From Octopus sinensis (lineage: Eukaryota), in the NCBI RefSeq assembly GCF_006345805.1, contig NC_042998.1:78306001-78370000 (forward strand): a DNA stretch of 64,000 bases, in the 5' to 3' direction. The notes beneath the pieces were generated by a model. That model was not told where the DNA came from. It did not search any database and was given only the letters and a program-made list of their open reading frames with translations. Shown piece after piece: positions 27,758 to 40,599 of the stretch. The translations under genes and the position numbers were made by a program. Every line of letters starts with the position of its first letter. Position 1 is the first letter of the stretch.

Positions 27758-28533
27758 CAGTGGTGACTCCGGCACTCGGGCTGTTCGGGCTTAGCCCGAA
27801 TATAAATTTAGTAAAGTAAACGTGTATTTGCAAGCTGATTTAATTTCTACCAACTTCAAGTATGAAATTGCAGCAAGTAACTCGGGTTCCTTTTATTGAG
27901 CCTGGTCTCAGTTCATTTAATTTCGTTCAGTGTCTAGCGTTGTCTTAGAAGTGTCCTGTGTCAAAAGATTTATTCGTAGCAGACGTTCTCTCGACATTGT
28001 TCAGACAAGCCAGACTCGGACTCACATGTTACAGCCCGAGTTGTTATCTATAATCGTGAAAAATTAAAAGTTATTCAAATTCAATATTTTCTTGAAACAA
28101 TAAATTTCTATTGAGATTAGTATTTAACTTCCAATCTATGAAAAGTCTCCGTTCTAAAGGGTCGAAAATGTATCAAACAACTGGGGCTAATACGAGCGAG
28201 CCTAGGAGGCGCATATATCTAACTGGCATCTCTTGTCAAGAGTACAGGCGAGAGTCATACCGCTGATGTTTGTTGTACACAATGCTGTCGTTATATGATT
28301 GTTGTTTTTTTTGTACTGGTGTGTGGAAAGTTCGATTGTGTTTTGCAGGGTTGCTTTACGTTAACCCTCAACTTAGAAATGGAAAAAGTCATAGTGCTAG
28401 ATATAAAAAAGATAAGCCATCTGGGGCTAGAAATAAAGCGGAAAAACGAGAAAATTCTTCGAGCAGGCACGTGTCTTATACAAAATCTGTGATGAGCTTG
28501 AGTGACGCTCATGACTCATCAGAGTCGCCTCTG
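27758..28533 (+). mobile_element. Internally deleted hAT element
   Basis: TIRs CAGTGGTGACTC / GAGTCGCCTCTG; internal KPSGARNKAEKRE resembles hAT transposase N-termini. Confidence 0.6.
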
Positions 28534-28602
28534 ATATATATACATATATGCAGGTATGTATGCATGTATGTATGCATGCATGTATGTATGTATGTATGTA
28601 TG

Positions 28603-28663
<61 letters not shown>

Positions 28664-28836
28664 TATATATGTGTGTGTGTATAAGTATATATATATATAT
28701 GTGTGTATAAGTATATATATATGTGTGTGTATAAGTATATATATATATATGTGTGTGTATATATATTATATATATATGTGTGTGTATATATGTATATATA
28801 TATATGTATGTATATATATACGTCTGTGTGTGTATG

Positions 28837-28867
<31 letters not shown>

Positions 28868-28977
28868 TATATATATATATATATATACACAAGAGTAAAA
28901 AATTATTAAAATAATAATTTATTACCAGTGGTTTGCATGCGTAATAAAATTTAGAAGACGTAAATATTTTTGTAATA

Positions 28978-29113
28978 TAAGACTGTATAAAAATTTGTAC
29001 ACGGAAAGAAGAGCACCATGTGGACTTCTTACATGCTAAAATGAGCAGTCAAATCCCAACTTACGAAAAACACACAGTAGTCTTCTACCCGTGTATAAAT
29101 TTTTATACACTCT

Positions 29114-29114
<1 letters not shown>
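28978..29114. repeat. Short fold-back inverted repeat beside (TA)n
   Basis: TAAGACTGTATAAAAATTTGTACACGG pairs with CCGTGTATAAATTTTTATACACTCTTA. Confidence 0.8.
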
Positions 29115-29144
<30 letters not shown>

Positions 29145-29537
29145 TTTGGCATCCTTTCTGTCTCGGGAGACAATGGAGTTGCGCATTTTTTTTTTCTAGG
29201 TCTAGTCCGGCTGTTATATTTTATTTCCTGTTACATTTCTTGCTGTGGCTGTGTAGTCCTATCCTGGACAAACACTCCCTCTGGCAGGTACTGCAAATGT
29301 AGCGAAGACTGTTCCTGGCTGATTGTAGTGCCATGGTCTCTTGTTTATGTCTCTTCCTTTCTTTCCATTTCTCCTCTCTCTTTCTGTCACTCCTCTGTAT
29401 ACCCTCTTTTACTGTACGTCGCCATTCTCCACGGTTGCCGGCGACTGCCTCCCATATATATCATCATCACCATCATCATGTTGAACCGCTACTCCCTACA
29501 TGTTTTTTTCACACCGTTTATTTTTTCTCTCTCAGCC

Positions 29538-29573
29538 CTTTCTGTCGAAGAGCGTGGGCTCGAAACGTCAATG
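29538..29573 (+). ncRNA. Hammerhead-like motif (A6 altered) in a PLE-derived repeat
   Basis: CTTT CTGTCGA A GAGC gtgg GCTC GAAAC GT C AATG; same architecture as 8633-8667. Confidence 0.5.
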
Positions 29574-29654
29574 ACTTTCCCATTCTTCTCGAGCGTTAAA
29601 CTAATACACCTTCTTGTTGTTCCTTTACTTGTCTTCGTGTAAATCTGAAATATA

Positions 29655-29777
<123 letters not shown>

Positions 29778-29989
29778 CATAATGCGGATACATATCTAAA
29801 GTTGATGTTTTTTATGATTCTACGATGAGCACAGTTTTTGAGGTTGTGTTTATAGATAATTTTAATTTTGTAGCTTAAGAAAATACTATCATTTTGTTTA
29901 ACGTCATATATTTTCTTCAAATTCTGGAATGATACACGATATTCTAAACAGAAGTAATTCGAACAAAAATGTGTTTTATTGAGCAACAG

Positions 29990-31600
29990 AAATATGACAG
30001 ATAGCATTTCCTGTTTTTTGAACTTGGTTAATCAATGAAAATGTGTATAACCAACATTTGACTATGCACCAGAAATCTAACAAGGAAAATAACAATTGTC
30101 AGTTCAAAGTGAGTAACTTTGATAGGATGCCCCTGAGACCTGCTGACAGTCACAGAAAAAAAAACGTTCCAAAGAAAACGGACGGTATTTGAACTGAAAT
30201 AGCATATCTAATGTAATGAGGATGTGGTATAAGAATGAACATATTTTCCTTGGGATATCCAGTTGTAATGATTAGTTCGATCACATGTAACGCAGTTTTG
30301 ACAGCTAGTCATGAACTGCTCCGATGTGCTCGTTCGCTCAAATTTCGTACTAACATAGTGGATGATCGTACGTTTGGTTGTAGATTATCAGAAGGGACGG
30401 CAGAGGGCTGAGGAAAATTGGGAATCTCTATTAAATAGTTAGCAACTTCGTTAACGTCAACTATATTGTTCCATCTGAATTAGGGTGGTTTCTGTTGAAT
30501 GATTATTGTTGCATTAATATCCTTTCAACTTAATGTTTGTAAGCCAGGATGGCACGTTCAGAAATCCACCTCTGGTTTCTATAATTCTTATAGAAGCCAG
30601 GATAATTTTCCGGTAGTATATTGTGAATAAGTCATTTTTTCCACAATCTTTTGTAAAGAGTCTATTCGGTTTAATTGTGAATTTCTCCAAACCAAAACAA
30701 GTAAAATTCATCACAGTCGGCTACTGAGACACGTTTATTAAGTACAAGTCTTATATTGTTATAACGATGAAGTTTTCTCTTTTTCTCTTTCGTCTTCAAA
30801 GACAGGCTTCTTTGAAACATTCTCTCCATTCATTAGTAGGTGTACCCTCTAGGATGACTGGCAGAGTCTATCTGGAATTATAAAAGAAAAGCAACGCTCT
30901 TCCCCATATTATGTCATTATCTTTGTGAGATAGTAAGGGGGTAGTCGTGAGTCTCAAATGAATGTTTGTAAAGCTTTCTGCGTTGTCAACATTGCACGTT
31001 GTGTGCAAAGTTAACTGGATGCTTAAAAGCAAAATGCACATTACTATCCGTGAGCAAAGTTGCAGCAATTATAGATGAGAACCTTGCAATAACAGCCTAT
31101 TTGAGTGAGCAAAGTCTTTGCCAAAACTAGATTTGTTCTGCTAGAAACACCAAGAAAAACTATTCCTGTCGAGTTACATGTCATCAGTAATTTGATTTTT
31201 GTATAAGCTTTTATTTTTCGACTGGAACCTGGACCAAATTATTTTTGTGCACATAGTGTTCCAAATGACGAGTATCATAGGCGGTTGCATAAATAAACTC
31301 TCGAGTGTTCGAAGTCCTGGCCACCCATATATGGTTTTCAATTAAGACCAATGTGTCGTTGTACATGGCAATGATAAACTCTAGGTGTAATTTTTGTTAT
31401 TTTTTGCTGCGCTTGATACAGTATATTCATTTTGTGATTTCCAAGTGATTATGCCGATTTCCTAATGATTAATGTGATTTTCTAGTGATTATGCGGAAAT
31501 TAGTAAGCAGATTCGGAAAATGATTCTTGACAAACTCTGCAGTGTGTCGCATAGACATATCGAGCAACTGTTTTGAGGTCCTGGAATGAGCCAGGGCCAT
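29990..31600 (-). mobile_element. Decayed Helitron PIF1-like helicase region
   Basis: Minus fragments in order: YNDTLVLIEN, SSIIAATLLT...HFAFKHP, R*TLPVI, VIELIITTG, RSQG; these match Helitron helicase motifs SSGIAATLL/HSAFKLP, RQTLPVI, VIEATILTG and KSQG. Confidence 0.8.
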
Positions 31601-31627
31601 GAATATTGGTTCTATTCTTTTTTCCCT

Positions 31628-31816
31628 TCTTTTACTTGTTTCGGTCATTTAACTGCAGCCATACTGGAGCATCGCCTTTAGTAGAACAAATCGACCCCAA
31701 GGTTATTCTATCGGGCTCTTTTGCTGAATCGCTAAGTTACGGAAACGTAAACACACCATCATCGGTTGTCAAGCGATGATGGGGGAACAAACAGAGACAC
31801 AAACATATATATAAAT

Positions 31817-31914
<98 letters not shown>

Positions 31915-32097
31915 TGTATGTATGTATGTATACATGACGAGCTTCTTTCAGTTTCCGTCTACGAAATCCACTCACAAGGTTTTGGTCGGTCTGAGGTTAT
32001 AGTGGAAACCGCTTGCCCATGGTGCCGCGCAGTGGGACTGAACCCAGAACCATGTGGTTAGGAAGCAAACTTTTTATCACACAGTCACGTTTGCGCT
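31628..32097 (-). mobile_element. SINE family B with internal microsatellite
   Basis: Reverse complement of 10209-10612. Confidence 0.88.
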
Positions 32098-32259
32098 TAT
32101 AAAATATAAGTAGGATATTACAATTTCTCATTTAAAAAGATCATTTCTCTAGATGGTACGAGGTTTCAAATATCATACAAAGTTGAAAATTATTTACTTT
32201 TTCAATTGTTTGTGATTTAAGCTCACATTTCAATTTTTATATAGAACTGTTTTAGTTAT

Positions 32260-32530
32260 CCGGTTTCCATGGCATGTATGTAACCAAAATTACAACATTT
32301 ACTCTGAATGGGACGTCAATCCGTCGCAGAGTTACTTCTACCCGGTTTCCATGCCGTGTATGTGACCAAAATTTACTCTGAACGGAACGTCAGTCCGTCG
32401 CAGAGTTACTCCTTTACAGTTGAGCGGATTAATGTGAAATGAAGTGTTTTTTTCAAGAACACAACGCATGACTCCGTCAGTAAATCGAAACCTATGATCT
32501 TCTGATCGCATGTGAAACACCCTAAAGATC
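32260..32530 (-). mobile_element. Degenerate SINE with ~80-bp tandem duplication
   Basis: CCGGTTTCCATG...GTCGCAGAGTTACT twice (32260, 32342); tRNA-like GGTTTCGATT on the minus strand. Confidence 0.55.
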
Positions 32531-32932
32531 ATATTTTAATCACATTTTCAAAAAAACTGTTTCTTCGTAGAAAATGGAAAAATATAGTGTCCTTGTTATA
32601 TAATATGGTGTAAAACAATGTAATCTTCTCTTCATGGAAATGAAGAAATGAAACTCGTCAATAAAACATTTTAACAGAATAGTATGCTTATGTATAGTGA
32701 TGAACTGAACGCTATTAAGTTTTAAAAAAAAATACGTTACAGAATATAACGTCAAAGGTAGCATATAGAAAGAGTAGGGATAAAGGAAAGAAAAATTCAG
32801 AAACCAAATAAATGAAAAGTATAGGACGATATGTAAATTAAATAAAACCCTAAAGCCTTGGAAGAAGATATATCTAGTGAGAGTGAAATGTAAGAGGAAA
32901 ATCCTTGTTTAAATTATATATAATGGTAGATA

Positions 32933-33240
32933 TCACTTATATGAACTAAAGGTGTGTTTCTGCCAATGTTTACATCGGTAAATACGCTCTATAACCGTGT
33001 TTACAATAGGATTTTTAGAAAAGCGAATAAAAAATATTTCACAATTACAGAGAAGACAGAATGTCTTGCCTTTATCATAAGGGAACGAAATGGAGACAAT
33101 CAACCAATCTAAATTTAATTGATTATTATGGTCTTTTAGATAGCAAATTAAGCCCTGTACTGTTACGTTTATTCCTATCTCTAAATGTTTGCAAAGTTCT
33201 CTCCCCACTCTCTCTCCCACATACACACTGCAAAGCTTAT
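32933..33240 (-). mobile_element. Penelope-like GIY-YIG endonuclease C-terminal remnant
   Basis: MYVGE...ICYLKD...LDWLI....PYDKGKTFCLLCNCEIFFI....VNTVIERIYRCKH, matching the PLE endonuclease tail C.LC..E..LN.R.E...C.H. Confidence 0.7.
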
Positions 33241-33696
33241 AGATGGGCTGCTTAATAGAAATTTTTATGTTGCTTTTGGGGGAAAGGTTAAACTTGATAA
33301 ACTGCTGCTCTGTCTATTGTTGGACTTCAGTGATGCTTGTTTAAAAAGGAGAGATTATGACAGTGATAAAATAATGAAAGCAATAATTACTAAGCAAATG
33401 AGCGTTACAAAAATTATTAGAATTGGAAATCGAATGTGAAAATATTATCAAGTGGGTAGTAGAAAACCGCCCTCTAACGTTTTCTAAAAAGGAAACTTAA
33501 TAGCGTTCAGTTCATCACTATACATATCCATCTTATTCTGTTAAAATATCTTATTGACGAGTTTTATTTCTTCATTTCCCTGAAGAGAATATTACATTGT
33601 TTTACATCATTTTATTCCTTTGGAATAATATCAATGATATCTTCGAAACCTGTGTCGGAAATAAAAGAATTTGAATAACACCCGCGTTTAACTCCA

Positions 33697-33740
<44 letters not shown>

Positions 33741-33784
33741 AGCAGAAAGACCGCCCGAACGGCGGTTTTCTGCTACCTACTTAC

Positions 33785-34102
33785 ATCGACCAAAGTGCGT
33801 AACTGATACTTAATTTATCGACCCCGAAAGAATGAATTTGAACTCAGAATGTAAAGACAGACTAAATACCTATTCTTTTACTGCCCACAGGGGGCTGCAC
33901 ACAGAGGGGACAAACAAGGACAAACAAACGGATTAAGTCGATTATATCGACCCCAGTGCGTAACTGGTACTTATTTAATCGACCCCGGAAGGATGAAAGG
34001 CAAAGTCGACCGCGGCGTAATTTGAGCTCAGAACGTAGCGACAGACGAAATACTGCTGAGCATTTCGCCTGGCTTGCTAACGTTTCTGCCAGCGCGCCGC
34101 CT
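33785..34102 (-). mobile_element. SINE family A (1.5 body units)
   Basis: Reverse complement of the 8878-9455 units, with head GGCGGCGCGCTGGCAGAAACG. Confidence 0.88.
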
Positions 34103-34452
34103 TTGTTTGCGTATTTACTGGCTTAGTGGTACAGCGTGTTTGGAAACTGTGAATAAGGTGCAAGTTTCGAGTACTTGTTGGTAATATTTTTTCTCCTCGT
34201 CTTCTAATAGTAATCACCCAGCTTTCTAGGCTATTCTCACAGCTATCCCGCGTTCAAAAATTTTACGGGTATTTTAAAACTTTTCATTCAATAAATAATG
34301 TTTTTACATTATGTATACATTAATAGAATAAACTATCGGTTTTCCAAATTGCGAATTAAAACTTTAAAATAGTGAGAGACTTTGCAAAAGAAAATTGAAT
34401 ACTGTGCAGTGAAAGCAAACTTGTGAAGAATTGGATGCAGTGAATCCAATGA

Positions 34453-34767
34453 ATATTCTGTTGTGTCTGGGGAGAGTCATTTTCTTTTTGTGCCTCAAAA
34501 TGTAACACACTCACCGGTAAAATTTCCACTTATTTCTTATTTTTATTTTCTTAAAAATTTCGTTGCGTCTTGCAACCTTTTCAACAGTCTTGACTCTGTC
34601 CGTTAATAACGTTAATAACAGACAGAGTCAAGACTATTGAAAAGGTTGTAAGACGCAACAAAAATTTTAGGAAAATAAAAATAAAAATAGGTGGAAATTT
34701 TACCGGTGAGTGTGTTACATTATAAGGCACAAAAAGAAAATGACTCTCCCCAGACACAACAGAATAT
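34453..34767. repeat. ~315-bp near-perfect palindrome with an HHR-like motif in each arm
   Basis: Arms are reverse complements centred at ~34610. Confidence 0.93.
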
Positions 34768-35015
34768 GCTTCAACACATGAACTCATGTAAAGAATCTTG
34801 CAAACCAAATCCAAAAACGAAATACAATGAATATTTAAATTTGCGAGAAATTTCTGTTTAAAAATTCAATAAACTTGAAAAATCGAAATTAAGGAAATTT
34901 CTTAGAACATGAATTTATAAAAATATTTCCAGACGGTCAACCCTTTAATAGTTGCTTTCTCTTAGTACTTTTAATAATTGTTACATGCCTAATTGATAAG
35001 CAGCTTTCTCCATTA

Positions 35016-35016
35016 T

Positions 35017-35102
<86 letters not shown>
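35016..35102. repeat. (AGAT)n
   Basis: Directly visible. Confidence 0.97.
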
Positions 35103-35103
<1 letters not shown>

Positions 35104-35118
35104 TTGTGCAATATGAAC

Positions 35119-35435
35119 ACGCATGGCTCAGTGGTTAGAGCGTAGGCTTTACAATAGTCAGATTGATTAATTTCGGACCGGGTTGTGTTCTTGGGCAAGA
35201 CACTCTCTTTGACGTTGCTCTAATTTACTCAGCTGTAGATATGAGTAGCCAGGTCACCGGTGCCAAGCTGCATCGGCCTTTGCTTTCCCCTTGGACAACG
35301 TCGGTGGCGTGGAGAAGCAAGTCTGGTATGCTTGGGCAACTGCCTGTCTTCCAGAAACAATCTTGCCCGAACTTGTGCCTCGGAGAACTTTCTAGATGTA
35401 ATCCCATGGTCATTCATGACCGAAGAGGGTCTTTA
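35119..35435 (+). mobile_element. SINE family C
   Basis: Homologous to 11238-11520. Confidence 0.85.
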
Positions 35436-36639
35436 TATATAGTGGAAACAGTTTATTATAATTACCCGTAATTTTAACGAATTCAAATTCTTCATTTACA
35501 ATCACTACACCTTTATTGAGAGAGCGTAAAAATATTTTTGTCGCTCTCCAAGCCTCACAAACAGACCCGGTTCAAGGTACGACCGAGCGAGACGGAATTT
35601 TTCGAAACCGCCAATATCACTGGCAATAGATTCCCTATTGAATTGATTTTCAACATCTATAGGACTTCAGCACTCATACCCATTGCTAACCCTTTTTAGA
35701 ATAAATTTCTTAACGTTTTTCTGACAGCATTTCTCAACAGGTGACAATCTGAGAAAGATGACATTCCAGACGTTAAACCCCGCAACCTAATCGTCGGTAG
35801 TTTTGATTGTGAAAATAATGGTGAACGAGAAAATAGGAAAATTTTAATTAAACAAGACCAAAAAAAGAAACAGATTAAGGGGCCACATTTTTAGGTTCCG
35901 ACTTAGGCATAGTTACGTGCAGTGAATGAAGTAGATGAAATCTAAATTCATCGAGCTGATCTATTGAAAGAATTGTTGTAGTAAGACTGCTTATGTTGTT
36001 GTTAATGAGCCCCAGGCCAGCGTGATCAAGAAGACCTTTTGTTGAAGAGTATTCCAATCACGAACATCCCACTTTTATTCAAACAAAGCACCAACGATTT
36101 CTGCATTCTGAATCCTCTCTTTTGCGAAGCGCCAGGGTGTAATTTAAAAGTAATTTGTTCGCTCTCCTAGTAGATAAGGTGATCATTTAAATGTTTCTTT
36201 GTTGACTTAAGGTTATTGTTTTCCGTGACGATGATATTGGTATTTAGTAGTAGTGGTTGTGATTGCATGTTGCTGATGTGTTCTTTCTGGTATTATTAGT
36301 GATATAAGGGTGTAATTGTAGTAGTTATTGACGTGTTCGTGATAACAACGATTGACTGTTGTGCTGGTAGCACTGTAGAAGTGATTTCAGACTGTTGTAC
36401 TGATGTTAACACAGCCACGGTGTTGCCCTAGCTTCACTCTCATTACTCAAAACTATGGTGCCCAGGTAGACAGACAACCGCCCAGATGTGCCCACACAAC
36501 TAATGTTCCTGTTATACAGACGTTCTCTCTCGGACACAAGTAGCGGTTAACGTTGGTGATGTTTATAACAACCCTAGTTGTGTATATATATGATCAATGT
36601 CCTTCCAGCTGTGACCAATAAGACTTTTAGTATACCAGG

Positions 36640-37030
36640 GACTAAATTATCCGATATATCCATCTTCAAAACAGGAGAGAGGTATCTGTGAAAGATTTGT
36701 TAACGCTTTTATATAATCCAATAGAAATTCTTTCGTTAATTCACAATATTGTAGGTCGTGTAGTGTAGTGATTGACATTATCAGCGTTTGTTTATTTGAT
36801 TTTTGTTGTATAGTGAAGATAATTTGGTTAATGATGACTGGAATCGTGAAAGGACCTTTCATCATTTGTGAATATTTTATTTTGTGCCCTTGTAAGAAGA
36901 TAGTAAGTTTCATAAAAAAAAAACTGACCGAAATTCACTACTGTCACTACTACTCTTCTTCCGGTGAACAAAAATTAGAAGTCAGTCGCCTAAATCCACA
37001 ACATAAACAAAGACCAGGTGGTTCATTAAT
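36640..37030 (-). mobile_element. Possible LTR-retrotransposon integrase C-terminal remnant
   Basis: KYSQMMKGPFTIPVIINQIIFTIQ resembles the GPY/F motif. Confidence 0.3.
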
Positions 37031-37063
37031 AAAGTAGGATGGGCTTATGTTTCCCACTCTCGT

Positions 37064-37156
<93 letters not shown>

Positions 37157-37312
37157 GTATATGTATATATATAAAATTATGTGTACCTATTTATCAGCAT
37201 GTGTCTTGATTTCAGAATAAACAGGTATATTACTGGCGGTAAAAAATTATAATCATCTACAAATATAAGAATACACATATGTTTATGTGCATGCAACTCT
37301 TTGTGTGCGTGC

Positions 37313-37343
<31 letters not shown>

Positions 37344-38368
37344 TGTTGAAAGCTATTATGCGGTCTATAAGATTTAGGAATTGCTCGCTTCTACGATTTC
37401 ATTTTAGCAATTATCCAAATGCATACAATCAAGAAACTCGGAGTAGAGGAAAAAATGGACCACCAGTTTCGAATTATTCAAAAACGCATTCAACCTCTTC
37501 TACATGTATTGAGTAGCTTTTGTCCGCTTGTATACCAACCGCATTTATTCTTTATTTAAGTGTGCATGCACACCAGCACCCAAGTGTGTATGTATGTGTA
37601 CACAAAATTTACGAAGTACATCAAAAATGCATTTCAAAGCAGGAATCGCATCGATTGCTCCATAAGTTAAATCTAGGGTGATAAAAACTTTAATATGTAA
37701 GAAATATACGAACGATATGAAATACATGTCATTTATATACTTCAGATATTCTTTCATGTTGTCCACAAAGAAGCTACATGTAAGCATCTAAGCCATTTAG
37801 ATTTCCTGAATTAAAATGACAAAAGTTTCACTTAAACTATAGGTTATATCACAAAGACTGCCTTCTTTAAACATTTCTGGAATACAGTATCCTATAAAGG
37901 ATAAGCTGATCGCTTTCTATATTGAAATGATGATTCAAGAGGAAAATAGATTCTCTATGACCCTGATTAAGCATTCTCATTAAGTACTTCATCAAGTCAT
38001 AAAGTTCCAGATTTCTTTATCACACACGAGTGAGGAACAAAATCTAATTCATTCTTGTAATCCAACCGTACTGTAAAAAGTAACTCCTAAAACCTCATAC
38101 TTTTGTTACTCAGCGCTGCCTCAAAGTACGTTTAATTTTATTTATTTATTATTTTGTGGCGATATTTTTACTATCAAGGTGATCCTGATGGGATAAGATC
38201 AGACAGCATGTATACATTTTATACATTAAAGTTTGATGAGCAAACGGTTAATGACTTTTTGCTATGTAAGCGGTTTATCACTAGGCATTGCGATAATAAC
38301 TGGTTTAGAGCTCAGTATTCATATGCCTCAGAACGAAACGTTAGCCGAGTACAGAGAGGTAATATGAA

Positions 38369-38635
38369 ATTAAGAAGACAACGAAATAAACGATTATCTT
38401 ATGAACTTCATTAGCTTACAGCTGTTTCTACTATAAGATGCAGGAGATTCATATTTGAGTGCCTGGGCATCACCTTATAGCGTCAACGGAGCCTTGAACT
38501 ACTTCATGTTTGAGGCTTCGATGAAGATATAAGGTGATACTCAGGTACTCAACTATGAGTCGACTGTATCTTATAGCAGTAAGAGCTATAAGCTAGTAAG
38601 GTCCATAAGAGATAATTTATTCTTTTGTCATTAAT
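38369..38635. repeat. Head-to-head inverted duplication of an HHR-bearing unit
   Basis: Arms pair around ~38502; each arm contains a degenerate HHR. Confidence 0.85.
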
Positions 38636-40599
38636 CAAAATTATTCCCATCAATGCCAGCATGTTTTGTAAATATTATGTCTTCATTGAAAGCTAGGTAA
38701 GTCATTAAGACATCCCAATAGACTGGTCAGATGTTTTAGCATATTCATATAAAAGTTATCCAAGGATCAAGTTTCTCCTTTGTTCTTTTATTGTTTTAAA
38801 GTTTTGATATCGCAGTCACAAGTGTATCCCAATTGATACTGTATACTTTTAGTGTAATACAAGTGCGACACATCGGATTCATTCTGAACCACACTGCTGA
38901 TAGAAACATTTTCTTGACATAGATTTTTCACCAGAATGAGTTTGTAGCGTCCTAAAATAGGACTCGCTATGAGTATTAATGATTGTTCCATATCTCTCTC
39001 TAAATTTTTGATGATTTTGGATGAATTTCTTATTAATCTTACTTACAACTTCTTACTTTTAATATCGAAGTTTTTCATTGATAATTTTTAACTACTATAT
39101 CGAGATGACCAAATTATAAACAGCAGTACTTCTTACAATCACCTAATATAGTTTGTTTTATTTTCACTTTTTGTTGATTGGATGCTTGCATGTGTTAACT
39201 ATCATCTCACAACTAATAATCTACTGTAGAATCTAATTTCTCTCACTGTCTCTTCTGTGGTCTAACTGATGAAGTGAAAACAAGTGAGTCCTTTTTTGCA
39301 TAATTTTATCTCATAGAAATATAATAGTATTTTGGGTGAAAGATAATATCTGCATTGATTATTTCATTTTGATACGTATACCTTAATTGATTTTTGTTCA
39401 TTTCACATGTATATGTTACTATTGTTATAGTCTTTGATAATGTATGTACGTGTGCGTATGTATGCATTTTGTGTAGTTTATTAAGACAAGGATGTGTATT
39501 ATGGGTATGTACACATACTTACGCGGAAACGCTGGGTCAAGTGACATGGCATTCAATATTATTCCAATGCTCTCAACCTTTTCGTGCCAAGCTAAAATCT
39601 AGAAAGGGTAAATCTCCGCTGTCTAAAATCTGAATGTTGTAAGAGGTGTCATGTTACGTCTTACATGCACACTTGGGCAGCATGCAATCAGATATATGGA
39701 TGTGCTGCTGGTGGACACTTTTGGGCGATGATGCTGATTATAATTAGGGGCAGAGGTAATGATAATGATGATCGCGATTATAATGGTCATAGTGTCAAGG
39801 ACAGCCAATATAACGATAAATATGTGAAGATGGACAGTGATAATGACCACAACGATGGGGGTGGCGGTTATGATGATTATAAGAAGGATGAAAATTTTGG
39901 CACAGATGATGATGATGATGATGATGATGATGAAGTGCATGTAGTCGGAGTGCGGTGATGGTAATGATGGCAGTAAAGTTGGCGATGGTAAAGATTGATG
40001 ATGGTGATGATGCTGATTCTTGTAAGACAAGCAATGGAAGTGAGAGTTTTGTTATGACTGTTCTTGGAGTTATTATTAAAGTTAATGAACATGTGGCAAT
40101 GGTAATGAAAAGTTTTGTTTTCTTTTTATCAGTTCGTGAACGCTGTGTTGACATTGGCGGTAGTGGGATGGTCGTCGTTGATGTCATCATTAATCTGTTT
40201 ATCAATCCAGCCATTATCAAACAGGTCTGTGACCTTCAGGAATGAAAGTAAACGACAACGCCTCGCCAAAATTTATCTTTCTATACTTCCATCCATCCTA
40301 GATTCATATTCCTCATTCTATATGTAATAGTTATTAGTAATTGGGTGCAGTATAGACGTAAGTACACTCTTCACTATCCACTCTCATAGTGAATGCTCTT
40401 AGATTTTGGAAACAGCCGCACAAAAAGATAAGGCGAATGCGACCAGAATCTCCTTTGCATTTATTATTGGTTGCCAATATCCTGGTACAGGGATTTAGCC
40501 AATTAACTTAGTAATGCGGCTGCTACTTCGTGTGCGTACGGGCGCGTGTATTATATATGTGTGTGCACCGAGTTAAGGAGATAGTTTGTTTCGAGATAG

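Noticed and set aside
28488-28523. CTGATGAG on the minus strand with hairpin potential
   Set aside because: No GAAA or helix III; it is a hAT subterminal palindrome
39623-40245. Overlapping 96-141 aa ORFs, Asp/His-rich
   Set aside because: Decayed (GAT)n-type low-complexity DNA that is open in several frames
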